The notes below the pieces were generated by a model. That model did no database searches. It was given only the letters and a program-made list of their open reading frames with translations, and was not told where the DNA came from. Below, piece after piece: positions 47,601 through 56,783 of a DNA stretch of 64,000 bases. The stretch comes from Patescibacteria group bacterium (lineage in GTDB: Bacteria > Patescibacteriota > JABMPQ01). A program made the translations under genes and the position numbers. Location of the stretch: contig JBGTBM010000008.1 in the NCBI GenBank assembly GCA_041749335.1, forward strand, positions 18,462 to 82,461. Direction: 5' to 3'. Every line of letters begins with the position of its first letter. Position 1 is the first letter of the stretch.

Positions 47601-48326
47601 TTAAAAGGTTACAAAATTAAATCCACATTGTTTTGTATCGCTGGATATCGGATCTTCTATATACACCAAAAGTTTTCCCATCATACTACCCACGCTGGGC
47701 AAACAATCATCATCAATTGGCGTGACTATGGTGACATAGTCAGAATAATAATAATCAATGCCCTCAATGGCAATTTCGTATCTATGGGTCCCGGCATTCC
47801 ATGAACACACAACATTACTAGTTCCACCCAGCGTTGATCCATCATCATCACAAATACCATAAGCTACAGGTAGTCCTACTCCATTCGGTCCGGTTAGTTC
47901 ATTGACAATAGTTTTACCGCTTACCGTTAAATCAGAATTCAAAGTTGTACTGCCAGTTACGGTTAAATTACCATAAACGCTTACATCATCATTCAATTTT
48001 ATTGGCATACTGTCACCAGGACCCGATGTGGCTCCCCGCCAGATCATGCCATCAATTCTAACATCATCTCCAATGGTAACCGGAACCGGTTTATCATTTT
48101 CATCGGTAGTTTCATTAATAATCGTTCCATTAAAAAAGGTTACGCCACCGACTCCCTGTTTGCCCACTTTGATTGAATCAAAAATTCCCGTTCCATTTAC
48201 AATTAGATTTTCATCATAAATAACGCTAGAAGCAGGCTGCAATACATCCCCTGTAGAAGCAGAAGCCAGCGCAACAAAAGCAAAAATACCAAAAAATACT
48301 GCGATTGTTCCTAATGCTTTTTTCAT
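47601..48326 (-). CDS. secreted protein, paralog of 57665..58669
   Basis: Signal peptide; a shared N-domain of about 100 aa (LQPAS.IY.ENLIVNG.G.F.S...G..G.GGVT.FNGTIIN....PVT.GDDVRIDG.IWRG). Confidence 0.6.
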   Translation of the reverse strand: MKKALGTIAVFFGIFAFVALASASTGDVLQPASSVIYDENLIVNGTGIFDSIKVGKQGVGGVTFFNGTIINETTDENDKPVPVTIGDDVRIDGMIWRGATSGPGDSMPIKLNDDVSVYGNLTVTGSTTLNSDLTVSGKTIVNELTGPNGVGLPVAYGICDDDGSTLGGTSNVVCSWNAGTHRYEIAIEGIDYYYSDYVTIVTPIDDDCLPSVGSMMGKLLVYIEDPISSDTKQCGFNFVTF

Positions 48327-48353
48327 TATATTTTCACCCCCTTTCGTATTTTT

Positions 48354-49088
48354 TTATTCTCCCAAATATTTAAATAAATACATTAAAAATATTCCCAACA
48401 GAAATATTAGAAAGGCTTGTAATGATTTACTCAATTTGGTTTCTTTGCCAATTTCCGGAATCAAGTCTGCGGCGGCTATGTATAAAAATCCACCGGCCGC
48501 AAAAGGCAATAAAAATATTTTGGCGGCATCAATATGGTCCAGAAGGAAAAATCCGATTACCCCGCCAAAAATAACAGTAACCGCTGCCAGGAAATTAAGC
48601 AGTAGGGACTTCCTTTTGGTAAAGCCGGCGTGAATCAACACGCCAAAATCGCCAATTTCCTGCGGTAATTCATGCAAGGCAACCGCCAAAGTTGTCAATA
48701 AGCCCAATTTAAAATCGACAGAAAAGCTGGCGGCAATAATCAATCCATCAATAAAGTTATGTACTCCATCTCCCACGATATTGGTATAACCAAAAGTATG
48801 TATCGGACAAACTCCTTTGTGACAATGACGCCAGTGTAAAATCTTTTCCAAAAGAAAGAAAACAATAAAACCGAATAAAACAAAAAGAAAAATATTTTTA
48901 CTTTCTGAAGCTTCAAGAGCTTCGGGAATCAGATGAAGCAGTGCTCCGCCCAGCATTACTCCGGCCGACAAGCCCACCAGCGCTAATATAATTTTTCTTA
49001 AAAATTTATCACTAAAATATAAACCAAAAATGCCGACTAAAGCTAGCGAACTTATAAAGGCAGTGGCTAAAATTATCCAAATAAGCAT
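48354..49088 (-). CDS. ZIP-family metal transporter (ZupT-like)
   Basis: HNFIDGLIIAASF...ALHELPQEIGDFGVLIHAGF motifs; 244 aa. Confidence 0.8.
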   Translation of the reverse strand: MLIWIILATAFISSLALVGIFGLYFSDKFLRKIILALVGLSAGVMLGGALLHLIPEALEASESKNIFLFVLFGFIVFFLLEKILHWRHCHKGVCPIHTFGYTNIVGDGVHNFIDGLIIAASFSVDFKLGLLTTLAVALHELPQEIGDFGVLIHAGFTKRKSLLLNFLAAVTVIFGGVIGFFLLDHIDAAKIFLLPFAAGGFLYIAAADLIPEIGKETKLSKSLQAFLIFLLGIFLMYLFKYLGE

Positions 49089-49098
49089 TTTTTTATAA

Positions 49099-49413
49099 TT
49101 ATTTTAATTTAACTGCAGTACCATAAACTAATATTTCCGCCGCCCCTCCCATTACGCTCGTCGTAGAATATCTTACCCCAATAATCGCATCGGCTCCCTT
49201 TTGTTTGGCCTTTTCTTCCATTATTTTCATGGCGTCTTTTCTGGCTTGAGTAATCATATCGGTATAGCCCTTTATTTCTCCGCCAATAATGGTTTTTAAT
49301 CCAGCTGCAATATCCCGACCGATCCAGCGAGTTCTTACCGTATTGCCGGAAACAATACCGATTATATCAACGATCTCTTCGCCTGGTAATTTGTTGACTG
49401 TAGTGATGATCAT
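49099..49413 (-). CDS. YbjQ/UPF0145 family protein
   Basis: 104 aa; MIITTVNKLPG...ADAIIGVRYSTTSVMGGAAEILVYGTAVKL. Confidence 0.75.
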   Translation of the reverse strand: MIITTVNKLPGEEIVDIIGIVSGNTVRTRWIGRDIAAGLKTIIGGEIKGYTDMITQARKDAMKIMEEKAKQKGADAIIGVRYSTTSVMGGAAEILVYGTAVKLK

Positions 49414-49479
49414 AGCTTTTGTATATTAAATAAATTGAACTCTTAAAAATTTATATTTTATATAATGCAGGCCATGAGA

Positions 49480-50268
49480 TTACGCTGATAAAAACCCTCC
49501 GTCCACTGCGACAATCGCGCCAGACATATAACTGGATAAATCAGAGGCCATAACCAGCGCCATCTTGGCCACTTCATCCGGCTCTCCCAGCCTTCCCAAA
49601 GAGATCCGCCCCTTAAATTTTAACGCGGAGTCCAATAGCCCTTTTTTAAATTTAAAGATTAATTTTGCCGCCCCCTTGGTACCTTCGGTAATAATTCCGC
49701 CCGGCAATAACACATTGATTTTATATTTCTTCCTTCCGTGTTCATTCGCTAATGCCCTAGTCAAAGCGATTACACCCGCCTTGCTAGAGCTGTAATGCGC
49801 CAGATCTTTTTTGAAAGGGAGTAGGGCTTCAATAGAACCGACATTCACAATGGTACCGCCCGCCTTGCCCCTTAATTTAATCATGTTCTGGCACATCCAA
49901 AACACCGAATTTAAATTAATATCCATCACTTTTTGATAATGCTTCTCATCGATATCAACAAATTCTCTAAAAGGATAAATTCCGGCATTATTAACTAAAA
50001 TGTCGGGTAAATTATTTTTTATTTTTATCCATAATCTATCTATTTGCGGCTTGCGGGACAAATCAACTTTGAATATTTTAATCTTAACGCCATATCTGTT
50101 TAATTCAGAACGAACTTGATGTAATTTTTCGTCTTGAATATCAATTAAAATTAAATCGGAACCCGCTTCTGCGAATCGCTCGGCCATCGCTCGGCCAATC
50201 CCGCTGGCAGCGCCGGTAATTAATGATCTCTTTCCCTTGAGAGAAATTAATTCTTCTATTGATACCAT
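49480..50268 (-). CDS. SDR-family oxidoreductase
   Basis: TGAASGIGRAMAERF (TGxxxGxG), NNAG, YSSSKAG (YxxxK). Confidence 0.8.
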   Translation of the reverse strand: MVSIEELISLKGKRSLITGAASGIGRAMAERFAEAGSDLILIDIQDEKLHQVRSELNRYGVKIKIFKVDLSRKPQIDRLWIKIKNNLPDILVNNAGIYPFREFVDIDEKHYQKVMDINLNSVFWMCQNMIKLRGKAGGTIVNVGSIEALLPFKKDLAHYSSSKAGVIALTRALANEHGRKKYKINVLLPGGIITEGTKGAAKLIFKFKKGLLDSALKFKGRISLGRLGEPDEVAKMALVMASDLSSYMSGAIVAVDGGFLSA

Positions 50269-50372
50269 TTGATTTAAATATTTGATTATATTTTAACAAA
50301 AATAATTAAATAATGCTACAATTGAATAAATACCAGTAAATTGAATTTTTTTACAAACAATCTACTTTATCA

Positions 50373-50401
50373 TTGACATTGTTTATTATTATACCTATAA
50401 T
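50373..50401 (+). promoter_or_regulatory. consensus sigma70-type promoter TTGACA-17-TATAAT upstream of the receiver-domain gene
   Basis: ttgaca at 50373-50378, a 17-nt spacer, tataat at 50396-50401; SD GAGGAGGG before the ATG at 50436. Confidence 0.5.
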
Positions 50402-50435
50402 AGTTACTCTATGAACTTTTTAGCGAGGAGGGACA

Positions 50436-50798
50436 ATGCCAAAAAATGTGCTAATAATTGAAGATAATCCTCAAGTTCAGAATACCTTGATTAGACTATT
50501 TCATCGAAAAAAGTTTGAACCGGTTTCTGCTTTTACCCCAACGGAAGCGCAAAAATTATTTTATCAACATCAAGCTGATCTTAAACTAATAATTATTGAC
50601 GGCAATCTTATGGTCGAGAGAGATACGGTGCCGCTGGTAACAGAATTTCGGCCCTTATTTTCCGGCACCATGATAGCCATTTCCGCTGATGAAGATATCA
50701 ATCAAGAACTGGTAGCCGAAGGATGCGATCTTTATGGCACCAAGCCTGAAATAATGGATCCTATTATTAAAGCATTGGAAAATCTTAAGCACAGATAG
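50436..50798 (+). CDS. stand-alone CheY-like receiver domain protein
   Basis: VLIIEDNPQVQNT...LIIIDGNL pattern of a REC domain; 120 aa; terminator hairpin agaacttagaaatttaagttct plus T-run at 50800-50830. Confidence 0.55.
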   Translation: MPKNVLIIEDNPQVQNTLIRLFHRKKFEPVSAFTPTEAQKLFYQHQADLKLIIIDGNLMVERDTVPLVTEFRPLFSGTMIAISADEDINQELVAEGCDLYGTKPEIMDPIIKALENLKHR

Positions 50799-50864
50799 AA
50801 AGAACTTAGAAATTTAAGTTCTTTTTTTTAAATTAAAAACAGACTCTAAGTCTGTTTAAAAAAA

Positions 50865-51128
50865 CTAGTCCCCCAGCGTTTCTCGCTTTAAGCAATTAAG
50901 ACATTTATCGGGAATATTCCCCGCCTGTGAAAGATCAATCTGAATATCTTCTCCTTCAAATAAAATCTTTCCCCGAATACTGGTTAAGTGCCCACATCTG
51001 GCAACAACTTGTTTTTTACTTAAGCGATCATGGCAATAAATCAAATAAGCCATTACCAAACCGCATACCAGCAATAAACAGATAAAAATAAAAAGAACCG
51101 CTTGATCAATTTCTGCGGATGAGACCAT
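50865..51128 (-). CDS. small membrane protein with C-terminal zinc-ribbon-like Cys pairs
   Basis: TM helix, then CGH...C.NC; terminator hairpin at 50828-50857. Confidence 0.4.
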   Translation of the reverse strand: MVSSAEIDQAVLFIFICLLLVCGLVMAYLIYCHDRLSKKQVVARCGHLTSIRGKILFEGEDIQIDLSQAGNIPDKCLNCLKRETLGD

Positions 51129-51261
51129 ACAAGACCCCTCCTTTCAATGAGCATTTTGTGATGAGAGCATTATACCTTAAATTTTTTTAATGTAAAGATA
51201 TTAAAAGAACCCGCCCTGCGGCGAGTTCTTTTTGACAAACGATTTAATAAACTATCTTTTT

Positions 51262-51852
51262 TTACCAGTTGTGGCGCATCATACGATTAGCTCCCGCTTT
51301 TAATCCAATCTCTTGTTTGATATTTCTGGCCTGCTTGAACTTCTCTTGGCCTTGTTGCATTAATCCATGAGCCTCAATCAGTCTGGGAAATTCTTCTGCA
51401 GTAACTTGATCAGCCCTTTCATCACCGACCGCTTCTCTCCAAGCCTGATAATCTTTATTTTCCAGTGCAGCCATTACCGCTTCTCTTTTTTCCGGATCAC
51501 TGTTTTTACCCTGCATTATTCCCTTTCGTCCTAATCCCAATTCACCCATACTCTCTTTAATTTGCCTTGCTTCTTCAAATTTTCCCGCCTGCATTAAGCG
51601 ATGAGCTTCGGCCATTTTGTTAAAATTTTCCTCGGTCAATAAATTTTCGTCTACTCCTCTATTTTGCATCGTTTGCTTCCAGCCAGCAAAATCATTGCTT
51701 TCAATCGTACCCAGTATTTCCTGATTCTTGGCATTAAATTTACCCTCGCCTTTCTCTCCGTTATTTTGGGCATAACTGACACCAGCTACGATGGCGGTAG
51801 TCACCACCAGTCCGACTACTGCGATTCCGACTTTAAATAATTTTTTTCTCAT
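51262..51852 (-). CDS. secreted protein with two internal repeats
   Basis: Signal peptide; duplicated helical motif EENFNKMAEAHRLMQAGKFEEARQIKESMGELGLG / AEEFPRLIEAHGLMQQGQEKFKQARNIKQEIGLKAG. Confidence 0.5.
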   Translation of the reverse strand: MRKKLFKVGIAVVGLVVTTAIVAGVSYAQNNGEKGEGKFNAKNQEILGTIESNDFAGWKQTMQNRGVDENLLTEENFNKMAEAHRLMQAGKFEEARQIKESMGELGLGRKGIMQGKNSDPEKREAVMAALENKDYQAWREAVGDERADQVTAEEFPRLIEAHGLMQQGQEKFKQARNIKQEIGLKAGANRMMRHNW

Positions 51853-51888
51853 ATTTATTGTTATTTATTTATCAATTGGCGCCTTTCG

Positions 51889-52674
51889 CTATATAATACG
51901 CATTTCGATAATATTTCTTTCAATTTTCTGCTGCGAGCTATCCAAAATCTGAATGTTCATTTGCTTATAATAGAATCCCCGGGGCGCAAAACGAACACTG
52001 CGCGCGCCAAAATTATCATTTTTAATTATTTCGCCGATGATTTTAACCGGCCAACCCTCTTTGATAATATTTTTTTCCTCAATAGTAACTTTAGAAATAT
52101 CCACAATCCATTTATTTTCCTTCGGATCAATTATTACCACCTGATCGGAGTTTTTAAATTCTATCACCTTACCTATTAATATTCCCTGTTCCGGCTGTAG
52201 CCAAATATTGTTGCGGCGTTCAATTATTTGCTGATATTGAGGTAGGCCGCGGCGAAAAGCCAAATCCAATGTTTTAGCCAAACCCGCCTTATACAATATT
52301 GATCCTGCCACCAGAACAGCGATAGCGCCTAAAATTATCACCAAAGAAAATTTAAAGCGATAACCGCCCTTGATTTTTCTGAATATAAAATAAGATATTA
52401 AAATAAACAGTATAAACAGGATCAGCCAAATATAAGGAAATGTAGAAAATAAAAATGCCAGCAATCCCGGCGCGACCCGGCGGCGCAAATCCCAATCATT
52501 ATTAATCAGCAAAAAAAGCAGAATGGAAAATGCAATGCTGCCAAAAGCCAGTAAAAGTGCGACAAAACCGGCGAATAATACATTTTTCACAGTAAAATGC
52601 CACTTGGGCCGAGGCTTGATTTTTTTCTCCCTGATATCCTCTAGAATCTGACTGCTTAAATCTTTTTTATCCAT
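51889..52674 (-). CDS. multi-TM membrane protein, putative anti-sigma factor
   Basis: The start is 3 nt after the stop of the ECF sigma gene; cytoplasmic N-terminus then TM helices. No FecR or zinc-finger anti-sigma motif seen, so the function is inferred from context only. Confidence 0.35.
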   Translation of the reverse strand: MDKKDLSSQILEDIREKKIKPRPKWHFTVKNVLFAGFVALLLAFGSIAFSILLFLLINNDWDLRRRVAPGLLAFLFSTFPYIWLILFILFILISYFIFRKIKGGYRFKFSLVIILGAIAVLVAGSILYKAGLAKTLDLAFRRGLPQYQQIIERRNNIWLQPEQGILIGKVIEFKNSDQVVIIDPKENKWIVDISKVTIEEKNIIKEGWPVKIIGEIIKNDNFGARSVRFAPRGFYYKQMNIQILDSSQQKIERNIIEMRII

Positions 52675-52676
52675 AT

Positions 52677-53261
52677 TTATAAATTAATATTTTCCTGCTT
52701 CAATTCGTCCCGCAGTTTTTCTTTAGCGCGGTTAAGCCAAGTAGCAATAGTGCCAGCCGGCTTTTTTAAAATAAAAGAAATTTCCTGATAATTCTTATCC
52801 TCAAAAAATCTCAACATAATAACTTCCCGATATTTTTTATTGAGCCGACTTATAACGCTTTTAATTGCTTCTCGCGCTTCTTTGGCCTTAAGATTTTTTT
52901 CAATATCCAAATCGGCGGCCAGCCTTTCAAATATTTCGTCATCAATGTCCAAAACTAATCCTTTGGACTTAGCATGGCTTTTTCTAAAATTACTAATAGT
53001 TTCATTGCGAGTAATACGGTAAATCCAGGTTGAAAATTTATACCGGCTGTCAAAATCGTTCAAGTTACGATAAGTTTTAATAAAAACTTCCTGCAAGATA
53101 TCCTCGCTCTCCTGCCAACTGACATTGCTTATCCTTTGAATATATTTAAGCAGCTTATCCTGATATCTTTGCATAATACATACAAAATAATCCTGATTCT
53201 TCAACGTCAGTGCGATTAGTTCTTCGTCAGTTTTCTTATCACAGTTAAAAATATCGGACAT
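52677..53261 (-). CDS. ECF-type sigma-70 family factor
   Basis: Region 2 (EDILQEVFIKTYRNLNDFD...FSTWIYRITRNETISNFR) and region 4 (YREVIMLRFFEDKNYQEISFILKKPAGTIATWLNRAKEKL). Confidence 0.8.
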   Translation of the reverse strand: MSDIFNCDKKTDEELIALTLKNQDYFVCIMQRYQDKLLKYIQRISNVSWQESEDILQEVFIKTYRNLNDFDSRYKFSTWIYRITRNETISNFRKSHAKSKGLVLDIDDEIFERLAADLDIEKNLKAKEAREAIKSVISRLNKKYREVIMLRFFEDKNYQEISFILKKPAGTIATWLNRAKEKLRDELKQENINL

Positions 53262-53329
53262 AATGCGCTTTACTTATATATACGCTAAATACTATATTTT
53301 CTTTCGCTGCCTGTAAATTAAATATCGCC

Positions 53330-53656
53330 TTGCTTTTTATTTCCATTAATATTATAACAAAGAGAAATTCAGGGAGGAAAATTGTGGAAAATAAAGAAAC
53401 GGACGCAGACACAGATAGTTTTTATAATCTGACCATGAAACATAAAATTATCTGGATTATCTTTGCACCTTTGACTCTTTTTAGAATCAATAACGAACTT
53501 TGCCTGTTTTGGGTTATTGGCAGCTTGATGGCATTCATGGCGCTAAATATTTATACCCGCATTGATAAGCCCACGATGTTTTTATTTTCTTACCTGGCAG
53601 CGATGTTGATCGTTCTTTTGACTATCTTAATTCATAAAAATCGGCAAAAAAGTTAA
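53330..53656 (+). CDS. hypothetical small membrane protein
   Basis: 108 aa, three hydrophobic segments; a plus-strand terminator hairpin (aaagagg..cctcttt plus T-run) follows at 53660-53690. Confidence 0.3.
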   Translation: MLFISINIITKRNSGRKIVENKETDADTDSFYNLTMKHKIIWIIFAPLTLFRINNELCLFWVIGSLMAFMALNIYTRIDKPTMFLFSYLAAMLIVLLTILIHKNRQKS

Positions 53657-53759
53657 AGAGGTCCAATTATGGCCTCTTTTTTAATTGGAAATAACCTAAT
53701 AATTTAGCTCATAAAATAATCGCGTATTAATTAACAAATCCGGTTTTATATAAAATAAA

Positions 53760-53792
53760 AAAAGCCCGCTTATAATTACGGGCTTTTTATCC
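53760..53792. terminator. bidirectional terminator
   Basis: aaaaaaagcccg-cttataattac-gggcttttt: an 8-bp stem flanked by an A-run and a T-run. Confidence 0.5.
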
Positions 53793-53804
53793 AAAATTGT
53801 TTAT

Positions 53805-55913
53805 TTACTGAATCACGCCGTCTACTACCTTTATCACATTGCTGCGAGTTACCTGTTTGGCTTGATCCACGGTACACACGCTGTAATAATAGGTCCCGGT
53901 TGAAGTTGCCTTGACCTCGGTATCAACATAGCTTAACTCGTCCCGCGATGCTGCTTTGATATAGCCGTCGGCAGGATAAGTCGGTGCCGGGTTGGTTTGC
54001 GATCTTACCACTTTATAATAGATAAAATCAAGGTCATTATTTTTAGTCCAGCTTAGATATACTCCGTCCGCTTTTACTTGCGCGGATAAAGCTGAAGCCG
54101 CTGGGAGAGTATTTTCATCGATCGGAGTAACCGCCACATCATTGCTATAAGCAGATACGCTGCTGCCATCGTAAGCTCCTACTCTGATATGCAAGGGCTT
54201 ATTAGGAAGACCGCTCCAAGTATAGCTTCTGGTATCAGGCGTCACTTTTTGAACATAAGTTGCTCCGGGGAAGCTGGGATTAGCTGATTCGGAAACCAAA
54301 AGCGCAAATGCTTTAGGCGCGTCGCCGGTAGCATCCCAAAAGATATTCACTCCATTCGCCGTAGCTTGGGCTGAAGCCGTTACCGAAGCGCTAACAGCCT
54401 CTTCTTCTTTTACTTGAGCTGTCACCTGCGCAACATTGCCGCAAATTACTTCTTTGGCGGTATTGACCGCACAGACTCGGTAATAATATGCCTGACCTCC
54501 CTTAGCATCCGCATCAACCATGGCGGTAGTATTGATATCGGTAATCACTTTAATATATCCATCGTCGGGATATTTTAGATTAGGATTGGTTTCTGAACGA
54601 ACGACTTTGTAATAAGTTAATTCGCCATTAAATTTAACCCAAGATAAATGCACGCCGTCAGACTTGGCAACCACGCTTAGTGATAAACTATCGGCTGATG
54701 TTTCTTCCTGTTTATCACCTTCATCGGCTTCATCTTCCTTGGTATATTTAACTTTAACTTCCAAAATAGTCTCATTGCCATCCTTATTTACCGCTTTAAC
54801 TTTAATAGTATTATCGCCCTCGCTCAAAGTAAGCGCTTTTTCAAAACTGCCATCTTTATTTTCTACTTCCGCACCATTAACCGTGACTATCGCTTCCGGA
54901 TCGGTTACTCCTTTCAATACCAGATTAGAATTCTTAACTTCCGTACCGCTTAAGGGTTCGGTTACTTTAAGCATTGGCCCTTCGGTAGATTTTTTTTCAT
55001 AGACGGCATAGTCCTTGTCCTGATCTTTTTCAATGTTCCACAAGTACCAATCTTTAGCCAATTTTTCTTCAGACAAATCCTTTATTTCAATTTTTTCTTG
55101 GGCGGTATCTACGATTCCCTCTTTGCCTGCAGCGACGGTTTTGGAAGTTACTACCGTATTTTCCTGCTTTAATTCAATAGAAACTTGGCTATCCAGCACC
55201 GGCACTGATATGTCTTTTGTTCCCTCAACGCCGAATGCGGTGCCTCGCGCCGTTACGACGCTATCGCCGGCTGCTACCTGATAACTGGTGCCTTCTTTGA
55301 CGCGATGATAACTGGTTCCGGCCAACTGATTAAGCGTTACTTTAGTATCGGTCAAAGCGCCAATTTCCATTTCACTCGCTTCATCCACGCGGGCAATACT
55401 GCCATCGGTAAAATCAATGATCGCTTTGGACTTGCTGTCTGTTCTAACGCGCATACCTTCCTTCAACAGCATATCGGTTTCAGCTGCAATCCACTCGCTA
55501 TCGCCGTCTTGGTATTGCACCTCGCCTTGTTTAAAGCTCAAAAGCGCGCTCGCGCCCGATGCCACCTTGCGATCAGTATCTTCGCCGGGCTTTCCCATAA
55601 ACCAAACTGAAGTAAAAATAGCCAGCAAAAGAACCAGAGTCGCCGGTACCATTACTTTCCAGTTTTTCCACCAGGCGGTTTTTTTGACAGGCTGCTCTAT
55701 TATTTGCATATTTTTTTCCTTTCTTTGTGTTAAATAATTTTTATAAAGCTTGTCTCCTAATTGCGCTTTAAAATTTTCGTCGGGTAAATAATTTTTTCGT
55801 GCTTGCTTTAAATTTTCAGCAACGGCAAATAATTCTTGCGCTTGGCCGCCGCCGGCCTTGATTTCAGGATTATCTATCGCCTCTATTAAATTTTTAATCT
55901 CTTTTTTATTCAT
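53805..55913 (-). CDS. anti-sigma factor-like membrane protein with extracytoplasmic FecR-like and two FN3/Ig-like domains
   Basis: N-terminal cytoplasmic region, then TM helix VMVPATLVLLLAIFTSVWFMG. FecR-like block AIIDFTDGSIARVDEASEMEIGALTD. Two repeats of about 90 aa each ending YYKVVRS(E/Q)TNP..YP.DGYIK. The start overlaps the ECF sigma gene stop. Confidence 0.65.
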   Translation of the reverse strand: MNKKEIKNLIEAIDNPEIKAGGGQAQELFAVAENLKQARKNYLPDENFKAQLGDKLYKNYLTQRKEKNMQIIEQPVKKTAWWKNWKVMVPATLVLLLAIFTSVWFMGKPGEDTDRKVASGASALLSFKQGEVQYQDGDSEWIAAETDMLLKEGMRVRTDSKSKAIIDFTDGSIARVDEASEMEIGALTDTKVTLNQLAGTSYHRVKEGTSYQVAAGDSVVTARGTAFGVEGTKDISVPVLDSQVSIELKQENTVVTSKTVAAGKEGIVDTAQEKIEIKDLSEEKLAKDWYLWNIEKDQDKDYAVYEKKSTEGPMLKVTEPLSGTEVKNSNLVLKGVTDPEAIVTVNGAEVENKDGSFEKALTLSEGDNTIKVKAVNKDGNETILEVKVKYTKEDEADEGDKQEETSADSLSLSVVAKSDGVHLSWVKFNGELTYYKVVRSETNPNLKYPDDGYIKVITDINTTAMVDADAKGGQAYYYRVCAVNTAKEVICGNVAQVTAQVKEEEAVSASVTASAQATANGVNIFWDATGDAPKAFALLVSESANPSFPGATYVQKVTPDTRSYTWSGLPNKPLHIRVGAYDGSSVSAYSNDVAVTPIDENTLPAASALSAQVKADGVYLSWTKNNDLDFIYYKVVRSQTNPAPTYPADGYIKAASRDELSYVDTEVKATSTGTYYYSVCTVDQAKQVTRSNVIKVVDGVIQ

Positions 55914-56460
55914 TTTCCTTAATAATCTCCTTTAATTTCTTGAGCGCGCGAAATATTTTCACTCCCAGATGATTATAGCCGATACCCAGTATTTCCGAAA
56001 TTTCTTCATTGCCCAAATCTTGAAAAAATTTAAGTTCTAAAATTTGCCTGCTTTCCTCCGGCATTTTTTCCAAATTTTTGGCGATTTCGTCTTTACGAGC
56101 ATAGTCTTCCGCTTGATCGCTTTTTCCATCCACTAGCTGATGTTCGTAATTTAAGAGATCAACATTTTTTCTTTTGCCCATTCGGCGGTAATAATCAGTT
56201 AAATTATTAATGGCGATACGATACAGCCAAGCGGAAAAGCGGATATTGTCCCGCGCTTCAAAATCTTGCAGGCCCAGCACCGCTTTTTCAAAAGTCTGCG
56301 ATGTTAAATCCTGCGCTTCTTCTTTATTTTGCACCCTGCTCAAAAGATAGCCGTAAATGCGGGGCATATAATATTCATAAAGCTTATCAAAAGCGCTGTA
56401 ATCGTTTTGCGCCTTGATCACCAGCTCCTGCTCTTCATTTTTGTCTAAATAATCGCTCAA
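55906..56460 (-). CDS. ECF-type sigma-70 family factor
   Basis: Region 2 (EAQDLTSQTFEKAVLGLQDF...FSAWLYRIAINNLTDYYRR) and region 4 (ILELKFFQDLGNEEISEILGIGYNHLGVKIFRALKKL). Confidence 0.8.
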   Translation of the reverse strand: MSDYLDKNEEQELVIKAQNDYSAFDKLYEYYMPRIYGYLLSRVQNKEEAQDLTSQTFEKAVLGLQDFEARDNIRFSAWLYRIAINNLTDYYRRMGKRKNVDLLNYEHQLVDGKSDQAEDYARKDEIAKNLEKMPEESRQILELKFFQDLGNEEISEILGIGYNHLGVKIFRALKKLKEIIKENE

Positions 56461-56718
56461 GTTTTTACCCTTTAAATTTAAAGTGCTATTTTAGAAGCTT
56501 CTATCTACTAAAACGTCTTAAGCTTTAAAATATTACACTTTATTATAAATATTAACTTTTATTTCCTCCCCTTGATAAGAGTACCTTCCTTGTGGCAGAC
56601 AGGCGCTTTGCTCATTTAGTCAAACCTACTAAAATACTCTGTGCTTTTTTTCTTCTCAACTTAAAATACCAAAGTTAATTTTAACGGAATAAACTGCTTT
56701 TTAAAATACCAAATGATT

Positions 56719-56747
56719 TTGCCGAAGTATTAAAAATATGTTATATT
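56719..56747 (+). promoter_or_regulatory. candidate promoter TTGCCG-17-TATATT for the heliorhodopsin gene
   Basis: ttgccg at 56719-24, a 17-nt spacer, tatatt at 56742-47, about 37 nt upstream of the ATG at 56784. Confidence 0.4.
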
Positions 56748-56783
56748 CATTGTATTAAATTTTTGAAAAAATAAATAACAAAA

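Noticed and set aside
54664-55737. Several plus-strand ORFs (82-112 aa) inside the anti-sigma gene
   Set aside because: They are antisense to a long, well-supported minus-strand CDS and have low-complexity S/T/L-rich translations, so they are spurious.
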